Below are positions 32,187 to 41,845 of a stretch of DNA of 64,000 nt, piece by piece. The first letter of the stretch is position 1. Each line of letters opens with the position of its first letter. A program made the translations under genes and the position numbers. The notes under the pieces are model-generated. The model worked only from the letters and a program-made list of their open reading frames with translations. It was not told the DNA's origin and did not search any database. Source of the DNA: a virus. Lineage: Duplodnaviria > Caudoviricetes. Location: the IMG/VR virus record IMGVR_UViG_3300032269_001670, positions 1 through 64,000 of that record; one strand, 5' to 3'.

Positions 32187-33002
32187 ATGGCCAAAAATAA
32201 ATTCCAAAAGCAGCAACCAGAGGCGAAGCCTGCCCCCCAGGGATCGCCAATTTCACTATTTTCGATCACACCCATCATTGACGGGAACGTAAATCATGGA
32301 TACGTGCATTCACTTTTAGGGATTCAGCAGGCCTGCATGTCGGTCGGCATCCCATTTTCCTGGTCGTTTGTCATCGGCAACTCGATGCTGGTTGCAGCTC
32401 GAAACCGGTGTGTGGCCCAGTTCATGAGCAGTACAAAGGCGACGCATATGCTGTTCCTTGACGCAGATATTTCCGTGCGTTGGGAAGACGTTATGGTAGC
32501 TGTCGTTGCCGACAAAGATGTTGTTGCCCTTCCCTGCCTTAAACGGGCTATCGATTGGGACCGAAGCGTCGGCATGATGAGAAAACATCCAGAAGTTCCT
32601 GGACGCGCAATTGAATCGGTGATGGGCATGCCTAATTTTATTTTGGACAAAAATGCTCCCGGCCCAAGTAAAGAAGATGAAGAATTTGGGATTATGGAAG
32701 CAACGCATGCCGGAACCGGAGCGATGATTATTGCGCGCCGTACATTTGAGAAGTATCAGAAAGCTTACCCGGACCGCTGGTACATGGAGGATGTTGCCGG
32801 CGTGACGCATCGGACCGTTGAGTATTTCCGCTATGGGCGCAGAGACAATCATTTCATTGGGGAGGATTACACGTTCTGCGACGACGTACGAGCTATGGGC
32901 GGAAAGATTCACGTTAAGGTTGACGGGCGATCAACTCATGTTGGGCAAGTAAACCTGCGTTATGATTTGGCTGCGCTTAAAGCGCTTGCATCGGAGGCGT
33001 AA
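32187..33002 (+). CDS. GT-A fold glycosyltransferase-like protein
   Basis: ARNRCVAQF, LFLDADI (DxD), GTGAMII, GEDYTFC; TTGGCA-N17-TATGAT 6 nt before ATG. Confidence 0.75.
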   Translation: MAKNKFQKQQPEAKPAPQGSPISLFSITPIIDGNVNHGYVHSLLGIQQACMSVGIPFSWSFVIGNSMLVAARNRCVAQFMSSTKATHMLFLDADISVRWEDVMVAVVADKDVVALPCLKRAIDWDRSVGMMRKHPEVPGRAIESVMGMPNFILDKNAPGPSKEDEEFGIMEATHAGTGAMIIARRTFEKYQKAYPDRWYMEDVAGVTHRTVEYFRYGRRDNHFIGEDYTFCDDVRAMGGKIHVKVDGRSTHVGQVNLRYDLAALKALASEA

Positions 33003-33208
33003 TGGAAATTATCATCGCGTTTTCAATTGGTTTATTTTTGGGGATTGGAGTTGGCGGATCGTTAATGTCTGGAAAAATTGCAGACGCCAAGCACGAGGGA
33101 TGGCAAAGCGGCATGAACGACTTTGCCCAATTGCTGTCGGTCATGAAGCAGGAACAAGAAAAGATTGACGCCGAAAAGGCCCCGGTATTTGGGAAAAAGG
33201 TAAACTGA
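33002..33208 (+). CDS. small membrane protein
   Basis: 68 aa; N-terminal TM segment. Confidence 0.6.
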   Translation: MEIIIAFSIGLFLGIGVGGSLMSGKIADAKHEGWQSGMNDFAQLLSVMKQEQEKIDAEKAPVFGKKVN

Positions 33209-34005
33209 TGGCAGAAAAAAAATCTCCTAAAGTTTTTCTTGTCACGCCAACACTTGATGGAAAAGTGACTGCGGAATACGCGCTGGCAGCAACGCAGCTG
33301 CAGTCTGTGTTGTATTCTCACGGCATTAACTTTCAGCTGCATCTTAACATTGGAAATTCATTGCTCGCTTCGGCAAGAAACAAACTTGCTGACGATTTTT
33401 TGTCCAGCAATGCAGACTATCTTCTGATGGTTGACTCAGACATTGCATACCGAGCTCAAGATGTAGTTGCAGCGTTGCCACACCTCGACGACGCTATTGT
33501 TGCCTTCCCTTGTTCAAAAAAGTTTACAAACTGGGATCGAGTTGCAAAAACTGTGCGCAACAACCCAGACTTTCCTGCGCAGGCAATTTCGGCAATTATG
33601 GGTGATGCAAATTTTCACTTGGGGGAAAGCGATTACCTTCGACCAAACGAGCACGGTTTAGCAAAGGTAAAGTGGATTGGTACGGGCATCATGATGACGT
33701 CGCGCAAAGCTCTGGAAAAGATTATTGCTGCCGAACCAGAGAATAAAACAATGGCCCACAACAAAGTGATTTATGAATTTTTTAGATACGACATGGAGTG
33801 GGAGGAAAAAGACGGCGTGAAGTACAAGGGGTATTCCGGAGAGGATGTTTCGTTCTGCGTGATGGCCAGAAATGCCGGGGTAGAGGTCTACGCCAAGCTC
33901 GATGCGCTTACAACGCACTCAGGATTCATGACGTATCGATTTGACGCAACAGCAGTGGCTAAAATCAAAAAGATTCCCGATGACATCAAGAGGCTAGGGA
34001 CGTAA
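33208..34005 (+). CDS. GT-A fold glycosyltransferase-like protein, paralog of 32187-33002
   Basis: ARNKLADDF, LMVDSDI, GTGIMMT, GEDVSFC. Confidence 0.75.
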   Translation: MAEKKSPKVFLVTPTLDGKVTAEYALAATQLQSVLYSHGINFQLHLNIGNSLLASARNKLADDFLSSNADYLLMVDSDIAYRAQDVVAALPHLDDAIVAFPCSKKFTNWDRVAKTVRNNPDFPAQAISAIMGDANFHLGESDYLRPNEHGLAKVKWIGTGIMMTSRKALEKIIAAEPENKTMAHNKVIYEFFRYDMEWEEKDGVKYKGYSGEDVSFCVMARNAGVEVYAKLDALTTHSGFMTYRFDATAVAKIKKIPDDIKRLGT

Positions 34006-34432
34006 GCCTAGATTCTTTTAACGGGTAGGCATACACCAACCAGTTTGATCTGATCTCTCGCCCCGGAAGATTCTCGTCCTCCACAACCGGCACGTAAGCC
34101 AAAACGTGTTCAAGCTTGGAAAATGACCGCAAAGTGCTGTGGGCGGTCTCTTTCGTGCAAGACACTACTTCATCAGGCTTGGGAATAAATCCAAGCTCAA
34201 TTAGGCCACGAAGCGTGTGAGACGCCGGGTCGCCAAAGTCAAGGACAACCACGTATGGCTCAGGAAGGATGACAGTTGTGAACTCTTCTTCAGCCCGGAT
34301 GCCCAGGTTGTGCAGGATAAACGAGACGCGCTGCTTGCTGATACCGAACATGCGACCGATTTCGTTTGCCGTGTAGCCATCGAGAAACAGCTCGCCGATT
34401 TCTTGGTTCCTTTGATGTTTGACATTAGGCAC
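33986..34432 (-). CDS. HTH (sigma region 4-like) protein
   Basis: GYTANEIGRMFGISKQRVSFIL; RBS AGAGGAG. Confidence 0.7.
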   Translation of the reverse strand: MPNVKHQRNQEIGELFLDGYTANEIGRMFGISKQRVSFILHNLGIRAEEEFTTVILPEPYVVVLDFGDPASHTLRGLIELGFIPKPDEVVSCTKETAHSTLRSFSKLEHVLAYVPVVEDENLPGREIRSNWLVYAYPLKESRLTSLAS

Positions 34433-34588
34433 AGTCCGAGCACTCCTCTACGCTAGATTCATGGATTTCACAGATCATGAACAAGGTAGAGCAACTGGTG
34501 CATACAGTTTCGACAAGGCTAAACGAACACTCCTCTGTACAGCCTTGTGGCTGTTCCCAGTCCAAAAACTCCAGGGGATAATCGCTCA

Positions 34589-34780
34589 TCATTTCACCGG
34601 GCAAGTCTTGTGGCGGTGAGAAAATCGCTTTGCTGACGCGCCACTGTTGGCAATGGAAACCTTCAGCACAGTAGAAATTTGATCAGAACGCATCGTTTGG
34701 CCGCATGCAGTGCACTTTCGCGCAGTCATAACCGGAGCTTTTTTCTCCTTGCTAACCGCAGTTTTTCCTTTAGGTGCCAT
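34589..34780 (-). CDS. small basic zinc-binding protein
   Basis: 63 aa; CTAC...HxxC; RBS GGAGGG. Confidence 0.55.
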   Translation of the reverse strand: MAPKGKTAVSKEKKAPVMTARKCTACGQTMRSDQISTVLKVSIANSGASAKRFSHRHKTCPVK

Positions 34781-35012
34781 GTTCCCTCCAATGTTGGCGG
34801 GGGGCCACCGTTGGCCCGGCAGCTCGTCCGTCGACGTGCCTTGGCCATCCAGCGTAACCCTCCGACGGGCTCTTTACCCCCCGCCTCAGCTGCGGTATAA
34901 CGCCACAGCGCGCCGCGCCACGTTCGGAAGGTGGCGCAGCATTAAAGTATTAGATTGTTACCCGCAAGGTCAATCTCACACGAATCTACAAACTGTGTGG
35001 TATAGTCGTTTT

Positions 35013-35234
35013 ATGGAAATGAATATTCCGCCAAGTCCGCGAGCTGCGGCAATCTGGTACCTTTGGTCTTCGTCCTTTGCGGTCTCCATTGTGTATGCTC
35101 CACGCTGGCCAGATGATGCCGTGCCATATGCGGTGCAGTTCCCAAAGAACTACGATACCGGCGATTTTGTCCGCCTGGACGAACGCGAGGCCCAATGGTT
35201 GATTGACCAGAAAGTGAAGGTTCAACATGACTAA
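35013..35234 (+). CDS. hypothetical protein (leaderless)
   Basis: TGG-TATAGT 6 nt before ATG; overlaps the next gene. Confidence 0.55.
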   Translation: MEMNIPPSPRAAAIWYLWSSSFAVSIVYAPRWPDDAVPYAVQFPKNYDTGDFVRLDEREAQWLIDQKVKVQHD

Positions 35235-35898
35235 AAGGAATCTGCTTATCGTGCCTACAAGAAACCGACCGGAGAAGGCCTTGGAGCTCCTGCAAGAATT
35301 CAACAACACAGCGGAAGACTCCGACATTATTTTTGGTCTTGACGATGACGATACCAGTAACTACGCACCTGAGGTTCGAGAGAAAGCAGTAATCAATCCC
35401 CGGTTGCGAATGTGCGGCACGCTCAACTTGATCGCTAACCAATATGCCAATAAGTACGAGTTCCTTTCGTTTATGGGCGACGACCATCGACCGCGCACCA
35501 ATGGCTGGGATAACCGGCTGATGCTTGGCATTGGATCAAATCCTGGTGTTGCTTGGGGCAACGATCTCCTGCAGGGCGAGCGCCTCCCAACGGCGGTGCT
35601 GCTCTCGTCGTCAATTGTCCGCGCAATCGGCTATATGGCTCCGCCCGAGCTTGTACACATGTACATGGACAATTTCTGGCTGACGATTGGCAAAGGGCTC
35701 GGCAACGCTTTTTACGACGGAGATTGCATCATTGAACACATGCATTTTATTAACGGGAAAGCAGAGAGGGATGCCGGATACATTGAAGTAAATGCTCCCG
35801 AGGTGTTCATGAAAGATTCAGAGGCATATGGAAGGTATTTGACGGAGAGGCTCTTCTCCGATCTCGGAAAGATTCAGAACGTCGACCTCGAAGGATGA
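35227..35898 (+). CDS. glycosyltransferase family 2-like protein
   Basis: IVPTRNRP, FGLDDDD, FMGDDH, YMDN, IEHMH. Confidence 0.8.
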   Translation: MTKRNLLIVPTRNRPEKALELLQEFNNTAEDSDIIFGLDDDDTSNYAPEVREKAVINPRLRMCGTLNLIANQYANKYEFLSFMGDDHRPRTNGWDNRLMLGIGSNPGVAWGNDLLQGERLPTAVLLSSSIVRAIGYMAPPELVHMYMDNFWLTIGKGLGNAFYDGDCIIEHMHFINGKAERDAGYIEVNAPEVFMKDSEAYGRYLTERLFSDLGKIQNVDLEG

Positions 35899-36638
35899 AA
35901 CAAGTCATCTCGTACAGCCTGTATGGTTCAGAGCAAAAATATCTAGTTGGCGCACTTAAAAATGTAGCGTTGGCACAAAAGATTTATCCAGAATATACCG
36001 TTCGTTTTTATGTTTCAGATGATGTCCCGCAATGGCTCATTGATACCCTTGAGCAATTTCAAAACGTAGAGATTAAAAATGCCCCACAAAATAATCGATG
36101 GTTTTCATCTGCTTGGCGTTTTTTAGCTTTTGCTGACCCAGAAGTTGATCTTGTCTTGATTCGGGACGTAGATGCACGATTAACGGTTAGAGAGCGCCGA
36201 GCACACGATGATTGGCTTGATAGCCAGCTGGACTTTCACGTCATGAAGGATCATCCAAACCACAAGCAACCTGTTACTGCCGGGATGTGGAGCGGGTGGG
36301 CAGACAAATTGCGCAACATGTCGACGCTTATGGGCATGTTTATCCAGGAGCGTGGGGAGCAGCCGGCATACGGTGCAGACGAGCTGTTTGTCCGAGACAA
36401 GTTGGTGGAAAAGATTTTGCGAAGCTGCATGATGCACGACAGCTATTTTGAAACCGAGTTGAATCGCCCAAGCGTTAGAAAAAAGTTCCCTACAAAGCTT
36501 CAGAACCCGGCTAATCATGTCGGGGCGGCGCTAGATGAAAATGATTTCTTTCGGTACCCGACAGACGAGGGTCTGTCGGTACTGAATGGTGGAAGTGGTC
36601 GTTTTGAATACGACCTTGATTTGTTGGAGGAGTACTAG
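35895..36638 (+). CDS. glycosyltransferase-like protein
   Basis: ISYSLYG...WRFLA...IRDVDAR...FHVMKDHP.H...AGMWS...DELFV. Confidence 0.7.
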   Translation: MKQVISYSLYGSEQKYLVGALKNVALAQKIYPEYTVRFYVSDDVPQWLIDTLEQFQNVEIKNAPQNNRWFSSAWRFLAFADPEVDLVLIRDVDARLTVRERRAHDDWLDSQLDFHVMKDHPNHKQPVTAGMWSGWADKLRNMSTLMGMFIQERGEQPAYGADELFVRDKLVEKILRSCMMHDSYFETELNRPSVRKKFPTKLQNPANHVGAALDENDFFRYPTDEGLSVLNGGSGRFEYDLDLLEEY

Positions 36639-37513
36639 TGAACATCCTGATCACCGGCCACAAGGGGTTTGTGGGGCAACATTTTCATAAGTTTTACGAA
36701 CAACAGGGTCATCAGATTCTTGGCGTAGACATCGTCGACAGCATGGATGTTCGCAAGTTCTTCCAGATGGCCAATCACACACAGTTTGATCTGGTGATTC
36801 ATCTTGCTGCCGTAGTGGGGGGCCGAGCAAAGATCGAGGGCAACCCGCTCTCCGTCGCCGTAGACCTGTCTATCGACGCAGAGATGTGGCAGTGGGCGAT
36901 TAGGACCAAGCAGCCCCGTGTGGTGTATTTCTCCTCATCGGCGGCCTACCCAGTTCATTTACAAACAAAACAGTCGCACAAGAAGCTTACTGAGTCCGAC
37001 ATTAACCTGGACGACATCCGCAATCCAGACCTCACCTACGGCTGGTCAAAGCTTACAGGCGAGTACCTGGCCAAGTTTGCCGAGGCCGAGGGGGTTCGGA
37101 CGCATATCTTCCGCCCCTTCTCCGGATATGGTGAGGATCAGGCGCTGGACTATCCGTTCCCATCGTTCATCGAGCGCGGACGAAACCGTGACAATCCGTT
37201 TGTGATCTGGGGTGACGGCACGCAAACCCGTGACTTTGTGCACATCAGCGATGTCATCGGCTGCGTCGATGCCGCCGTAACTCAGGACTATCGTGGGCCG
37301 CTCAACATTGGCACGGGTCATGCCACAAGCTTCCAGCAGCTTGGAGAGATGGTGGCCAAGGCCGAAGGATATTTTCCAAAGTTCCAGTTTTTAACCGATA
37401 AGCCCGAAGGCGTCAACTGGAGAGTGGCAGACATCTCTGCTATGCTGCAGGTATACACGCCAAAGATTGATCTTGAGACAGGAGTAAAGCGCGCGCTAAG
37501 CGCAAGGAGGTAA
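36638..37513 (+). CDS. NAD-dependent nucleotide-sugar epimerase/dehydratase
   Basis: ITGHKGFVG, HLAA, FSSSAAY, YGWSK (YxxxK), RPFSGYG. Confidence 0.9.
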   Translation: MNILITGHKGFVGQHFHKFYEQQGHQILGVDIVDSMDVRKFFQMANHTQFDLVIHLAAVVGGRAKIEGNPLSVAVDLSIDAEMWQWAIRTKQPRVVYFSSSAAYPVHLQTKQSHKKLTESDINLDDIRNPDLTYGWSKLTGEYLAKFAEAEGVRTHIFRPFSGYGEDQALDYPFPSFIERGRNRDNPFVIWGDGTQTRDFVHISDVIGCVDAAVTQDYRGPLNIGTGHATSFQQLGEMVAKAEGYFPKFQFLTDKPEGVNWRVADISAMLQVYTPKIDLETGVKRALSARR

Positions 37514-37514
37514 G

Positions 37515-37859
37515 GTGAAGGTTGTTGATTACCCCGCAGGAAGTTTTGAGGCCGAGTTTGAAAAGATTTACAACGAAGCGTTTGAGCTGTTGATCCGGAA
37601 GCAACGCCGGTACGGGAACAGCAACATTGAAAACCTTGGCGTTCATGGCGTTATTAGCAGGATTTCATTTGACAAGATTTCCCGCGCGTTAAAATTTATG
37701 CAGGGCCGCGTTGTCGATGGTAGGGTAGTTCTTGACCCAATTGACGGTGCAAGCGACGAGTCGCTGGAAGATACGCTTCTGGATATTGCAAACTACGCGC
37801 TAATTGCTGTTGCACTACGAAGAAATGTATGGGGCAAGCCACTGGCGGAGGAGCTCTAG
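37515..37859 (+). CDS. nucleotide modification-associated domain 1 (DUF1599-like) protein
   Basis: KQRRYG.SNI...RISFDKISR...ESLEDTLLDIANYA. Confidence 0.75.
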   Translation: MKVVDYPAGSFEAEFEKIYNEAFELLIRKQRRYGNSNIENLGVHGVISRISFDKISRALKFMQGRVVDGRVVLDPIDGASDESLEDTLLDIANYALIAVALRRNVWGKPLAEEL

Positions 37860-37863
37860 ATCA

Positions 37864-38301
37864 ATGCCAATTAGGGAAGTTGTTCTCACCAAGGAAGAGT
37901 TAAGCGATGAGCTTGCGGTCTTGTATCCGGAGCTTACTCCTCGAGATCGAGCACAAGCGTGCGCTCAGGATCTTGGAACAATTACCGCGCGAACTATTGT
38001 TGGTTACATTATGGGAGAGCGCCCACCGGCCACAAAGTTTTGCAGCGACTTCCTGGTCATGCTCAACGAGCGGCACCCTGAGCGCGCATATAAGCTTTCA
38101 CAATCAACGATTCTGCAGTCTACAAATGAAGTGGTCCAGGAGCATAAGCGCGACCTCTTGATGTACGAACGTTCTATCGATAAGATGTGCGCGAGTTGTG
38201 CGGGCAAAACGGTTGAAGAGGGCGGAACATGCTGGGATAGCGTTGAATGTCCCCTTGCCGCGTTTACCAAATATCCGCCGAGAAATGGAGGATCGAAATG
38301 A
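37864..38301 (+). CDS. hypothetical protein
   Basis: 145 aa; C-terminal CASC...C...CPL. Confidence 0.6.
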   Translation: MPIREVVLTKEELSDELAVLYPELTPRDRAQACAQDLGTITARTIVGYIMGERPPATKFCSDFLVMLNERHPERAYKLSQSTILQSTNEVVQEHKRDLLMYERSIDKMCASCAGKTVEEGGTCWDSVECPLAAFTKYPPRNGGSK

Positions 38302-38483
38302 ATGATCTGATTTTTCCGGAGCGATTCTTCCTGGTGCTTGAGCGAGACCGCGAGAGCAACGTGAACATCTGGTCGGTATTTGATCGTGAGAAGCGCCAGA
38401 TGGTTTCAAGCGGATTTGATGAGGACTGGTTATCGGCAGTTGAGGCCGCTCGGAAGTCGATTGATGAGGTAAAGAATGGTTAG
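38298..38483 (+). CDS. hypothetical protein
   Basis: 61 aa; RBS GGAGG; overlapping start/stop. Confidence 0.55.
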   Translation: MNDLIFPERFFLVLERDRESNVNIWSVFDREKRQMVSSGFDEDWLSAVEAARKSIDEVKNG

Positions 38484-38760
38484 CCAGCGAGAGATTCAGC
38501 AAGCAACCAACGATCTTGACGATTTTGTTGGCCTCATGGCTAAGGTGATTGGGGCCAAGCGAAACCAAGAAAAACACAGCGGGTTTTGCGTTATTGCAAA
38601 AAACAAGAAAACCGGAAAGCTTATGATGCACGCAGGAATGATTCTTGGGGAAGATATGAAGCAGATTACAACAAGCCACACTAATATTGAGGAGTGCGAA
38701 ATGCAGGCTTATGCATGGGCTAACCAGATGGTTATTGCGTATGGAGGCAAGCGTGTCTGA
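38476..38760 (+). CDS. hypothetical protein
   Basis: 94 aa. Confidence 0.6.
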   Translation: MVSQREIQQATNDLDDFVGLMAKVIGAKRNQEKHSGFCVIAKNKKTGKLMMHAGMILGEDMKQITTSHTNIEECEMQAYAWANQMVIAYGGKRV

Positions 38761-39112
38761 TCCGCAAGATAAGAAACGGCTGAAGGAGTTCCTTCTTAAA
38801 CACGCCGATACGTGGGTGAGTCAGAAGCTCCTCTCGTCCCAGCTTGGGCTTCCGCGATGGTCTGCATTAATTAACGAGTTGCGTAACGAAGGAAATGTCA
38901 TTGCGCAGCGAATGAGTAACGATGCAACGCCGCTAGTGGAATACAAGCTGAGCACAGCTAAGGCGTCGACCTTAACGGGTTGGGTTTGCAGTAAATGCCA
39001 AAACGTTATTGAAAAGGGCAGGATGGAATCAAATACCCTCTCGCCCAAGCACTCGAACAATTATTGCGTTCAGTGTCGAAAGAAAAGTTTGTTTGAATTG
39101 CGAGGGAGTTGA
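38753..39112 (+). CDS. HTH plus zinc-finger protein
   Basis: WSALINELRNEG; CSKC...CVQC. Confidence 0.6.
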   Translation: MSDPQDKKRLKEFLLKHADTWVSQKLLSSQLGLPRWSALINELRNEGNVIAQRMSNDATPLVEYKLSTAKASTLTGWVCSKCQNVIEKGRMESNTLSPKHSNNYCVQCRKKSLFELRGS

Positions 39113-39114
39113 TA

Positions 39115-39453
39115 ATGGTTGAAAAGATTGAGGAAGTCCTGTATGCAGACGGTTGGGACGACTGCTTGGTTGGTCACGGAAACATCTTTCTTGGATCTGA
39201 CGGCCAGAAGGTGGTTGCAATTTACGACCGAGACAAGATGATTAGGAAGATGGCACAGGAGATTATTGAACAGGAACAGAGCCGAGATCAGGATCAGGCA
39301 GAAGACTTTGACCCTTATCTTGAGGCTGATGAGTACATTTCCTTCAATGTAGAGGGCGCGTACCTTCAACCCGGAATGCCGGTATTTGCTACCTTTGATC
39401 AGCGCGTTGATTTTTCTTCAGCAACTGTTTGCCGGTGCAATTCGTGCGTTTGA
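39115..39453 (+). CDS. conserved-looking phage hypothetical protein
   Basis: ADGWDDCLVG...AIYDRDKMI...EYISFNVEGAY..PGMPVF. Confidence 0.7.
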   Translation: MVEKIEEVLYADGWDDCLVGHGNIFLGSDGQKVVAIYDRDKMIRKMAQEIIEQEQSRDQDQAEDFDPYLEADEYISFNVEGAYLQPGMPVFATFDQRVDFSSATVCRCNSCV

Positions 39454-40418
39454 TTCTTTCTGTTATCGCCTCCGTTTCTTTGCTGTCCTTATCGCTTGGC
39501 GCAGCAAAAGACGGTTATATGGAGGCAACCGATTGGGCCTTAGATCGGCTTGTAGAGCCATCAGATGCTTGGATTGGCGGACGAATTAGTGACGGATATT
39601 CCTGGGATGGAGAAAACGTTGGCGCCGGCTACACGGTCTACGTTGTAGATACCGGCGTGCAGGACACGGAAGAGTTCCCTGGTGGCGTCACCGGAAAGTC
39701 GTTTGTTGGCGGAACATTTGAAGACTGCGGTAGCGGCCATGGAACGCGGGTTGCTTCGTTGGTTGCCGGGGCCGGAGTTGGCATTGCGCAAAAGGCGGCC
39801 GTTGTGTCTGTCCGAGTGCTTGCTTGCAGTGGCAAAGGGACAAACTCCAAGATCATTGCTGGACTTAGCTGGATTGCCAAAAATGCCAACCCAGAAAAGA
39901 GCGTGGTGAACTTGAGCTTTGGCGGAAAGGTCTCGTTGGCAATTGATAACGCGGTGCGGTCGTTGACAGACTTGGGTATTCCGGTAGTGATTGCGGCCGG
40001 AAATGATCGACGTGATTCTAAAAAATATTCACCGGCAAGACTAGGGTGCACCGAAGATCTTGCAATTACCGTAGCTTCCAGCACAATTTATGATTTACCG
40101 TGGACATTTTCTAATTTTGGAGAATGCATCGCATTATACGCCCCTGGTGCTCAGGTTGAGCCGTTTGGGTTTGCCGGCCCACAGATTTCAAGTGGAACAT
40201 CTTTTGCCGCCCCGTTTGTTTCTGGGGCAATTATCGCCTTTGCCGAGCACGTTGAGGGAACCACAGAAGATGGTTTTTACGAAATGATGTCTTACACTAC
40301 AGACAGCATTACAATTTCTAAAAGGCCAAAAACGACCTCATCATTGCTTCAGCTATACGAAACCGAAGATCTTGGAACTCCAGATTTTTGTGATTGGATT
40401 TTCTGCTCAGAAAATTAA
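39429..40418 (+). CDS. secreted subtilisin-like serine protease (S8)
   Basis: Catalytic triad in VYVVDTGV, GHGTRVAS, SGTSFAAP; oxyanion AAGN; signal-like N-terminus. Confidence 0.9.
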   Translation: MPVQFVRLILSVIASVSLLSLSLGAAKDGYMEATDWALDRLVEPSDAWIGGRISDGYSWDGENVGAGYTVYVVDTGVQDTEEFPGGVTGKSFVGGTFEDCGSGHGTRVASLVAGAGVGIAQKAAVVSVRVLACSGKGTNSKIIAGLSWIAKNANPEKSVVNLSFGGKVSLAIDNAVRSLTDLGIPVVIAAGNDRRDSKKYSPARLGCTEDLAITVASSTIYDLPWTFSNFGECIALYAPGAQVEPFGFAGPQISSGTSFAAPFVSGAIIAFAEHVEGTTEDGFYEMMSYTTDSITISKRPKTTSSLLQLYETEDLGTPDFCDWIFCSEN

Positions 40419-41845
40419 TATCGTTTTGCCGAAGTAAAGTAAAAACCAGAACCACCAAGATCAGACGCATAGACCAAGGCATCAACCATGTCGTCGTGTT
40501 GACCGTTTGGAAACGCTAACATCTCAGATTCTAGGTCGGAAATTCCTGGCGCATTATTAACGTGAAAAACTTTTCCTGCTTCGTATCGAGCAGCTAGCGC
40601 CCGGCTTCTGGACACCTTGTCTTTATCAGGACGAACGGCTCGAGCAGGCAAGCTTGTTGTGGACAGGATTTCTCGTACAAATGTGCTTTGATGCTGAACG
40701 GCTTCAATGTTCAAAGATTCAAAGAACCGCACGTCATCAAGCTCCGGGTCTAGGCCCTTAAGCCCAACAAGCCGTTGAGGCCAAAGCATCCGTGGACCGC
40801 GCTCCTCATTAATACTTCCATCATTATTTACGCCAGTAAGCCATGCCCGGTGACCCTCTTGGAGGCGTGCTCTCCAAGCGCCAACGATGTATAAATTGTG
40901 TTCAGAATCTTCCAAAACCTCGACAGCGGCGGTATAGTCGCTTCGCTCGCTAGACGATGAAGCAAGGTCAACGCCTATTCTTCGGGCACCTTCTGGGACC
41001 CGGTCAATACGTTGAAAATAATCATATCGGAAAATGTTGCCGCCCATAGACGTCACGTCGTTTTGGAACTGTAGCATGAAGATTGGCGTGCCAAGTTCCT
41101 GCTTTTTTTGCTCCATATCGGCAACCGTATACATCTCCGGCCAGAGCACTTTGTCATCCTCCAAAGCTCTTCGTTGATAGTGCTGAACGCCTTTGCTAAT
41201 AAGCTCCGCGTAGAAGTCGTCTTCGTGCCATCGCGTTCCGATGTACCAGCGTTTTGCTTTTGGGACAAGCATTGGGTCCACGACTTGCCAATAGGTTTCA
41301 CTTGCCTTTTGTCTTTGTCCAGATGTGGCGTTTTCTTTCAGTCCAACCATGTCGTCTGCAAAAAGAATGTCAAGACGGGCACCGGGCTTAATCGACCCAA
41401 GCCCGTCGGCAAAGCAAGTGGAGTCTTTGCCGAGATTAGCTCCCTTAACCGTCCAGACCTCATCAGTCCACTTTGAGCCAATAACGCCATCTTGCGCCCA
41501 GGGAAACACCTCGGCAAAAAACGGGGACTCAATAAGGGCTTTAATGGCACGAGAACGCGCAAGGGCATCAGACATGACGGCGGTAAGCACGCCAATCCTG
41601 ACTTTGCCCTTAGTCAAGCCAATCATGCGAGCAGCCCGATGAATCAGTTGGGTCGTCTTGGCATGGCCACGTGGCATGAGCACAAGACCCCGGTCGTTTT
41701 TATCCAAGAACTGCTCCATCTCACGAAGATGTCTTGGAAATATCAAACCGCTAACATATTCTGCAAATGCTGCATCGGATGTCTGGGCCTTGACCCGAAG
41801 CCAATCCCGGTAGCTACTATTTACGCTCTTCTGCTGTTCCATCAA
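40415..41845 (-). CDS. terL: terminase large subunit
   Basis: LMPRGHAKT, LFADD, YIGTRWHEDD, IGVDLAS, RuvC-like tail FPNGQHDDMVDAL. Confidence 0.9.
   Translation of the reverse strand: MMEQQKSVNSSYRDWLRVKAQTSDAAFAEYVSGLIFPRHLREMEQFLDKNDRGLVLMPRGHAKTTQLIHRAARMIGLTKGKVRIGVLTAVMSDALARSRAIKALIESPFFAEVFPWAQDGVIGSKWTDEVWTVKGANLGKDSTCFADGLGSIKPGARLDILFADDMVGLKENATSGQRQKASETYWQVVDPMLVPKAKRWYIGTRWHEDDFYAELISKGVQHYQRRALEDDKVLWPEMYTVADMEQKKQELGTPIFMLQFQNDVTSMGGNIFRYDYFQRIDRVPEGARRIGVDLASSSSERSDYTAAVEVLEDSEHNLYIVGAWRARLQEGHRAWLTGVNNDGSINEERGPRMLWPQRLVGLKGLDPELDDVRFFESLNIEAVQHQSTFVREILSTTSLPARAVRPDKDKVSRSRALAARYEAGKVFHVNNAPGISDLESEMLAFPNGQHDDMVDALVYASDLGGSGFYFTSAKRY

Noticed and set aside
34781-34945. Twister ribozyme or SRP RNA
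   Set aside because: Only short similarities (GGAGGG, CGGAAGG..GCAGC); the required pseudoknot or helix 8 geometry was not found by eye.
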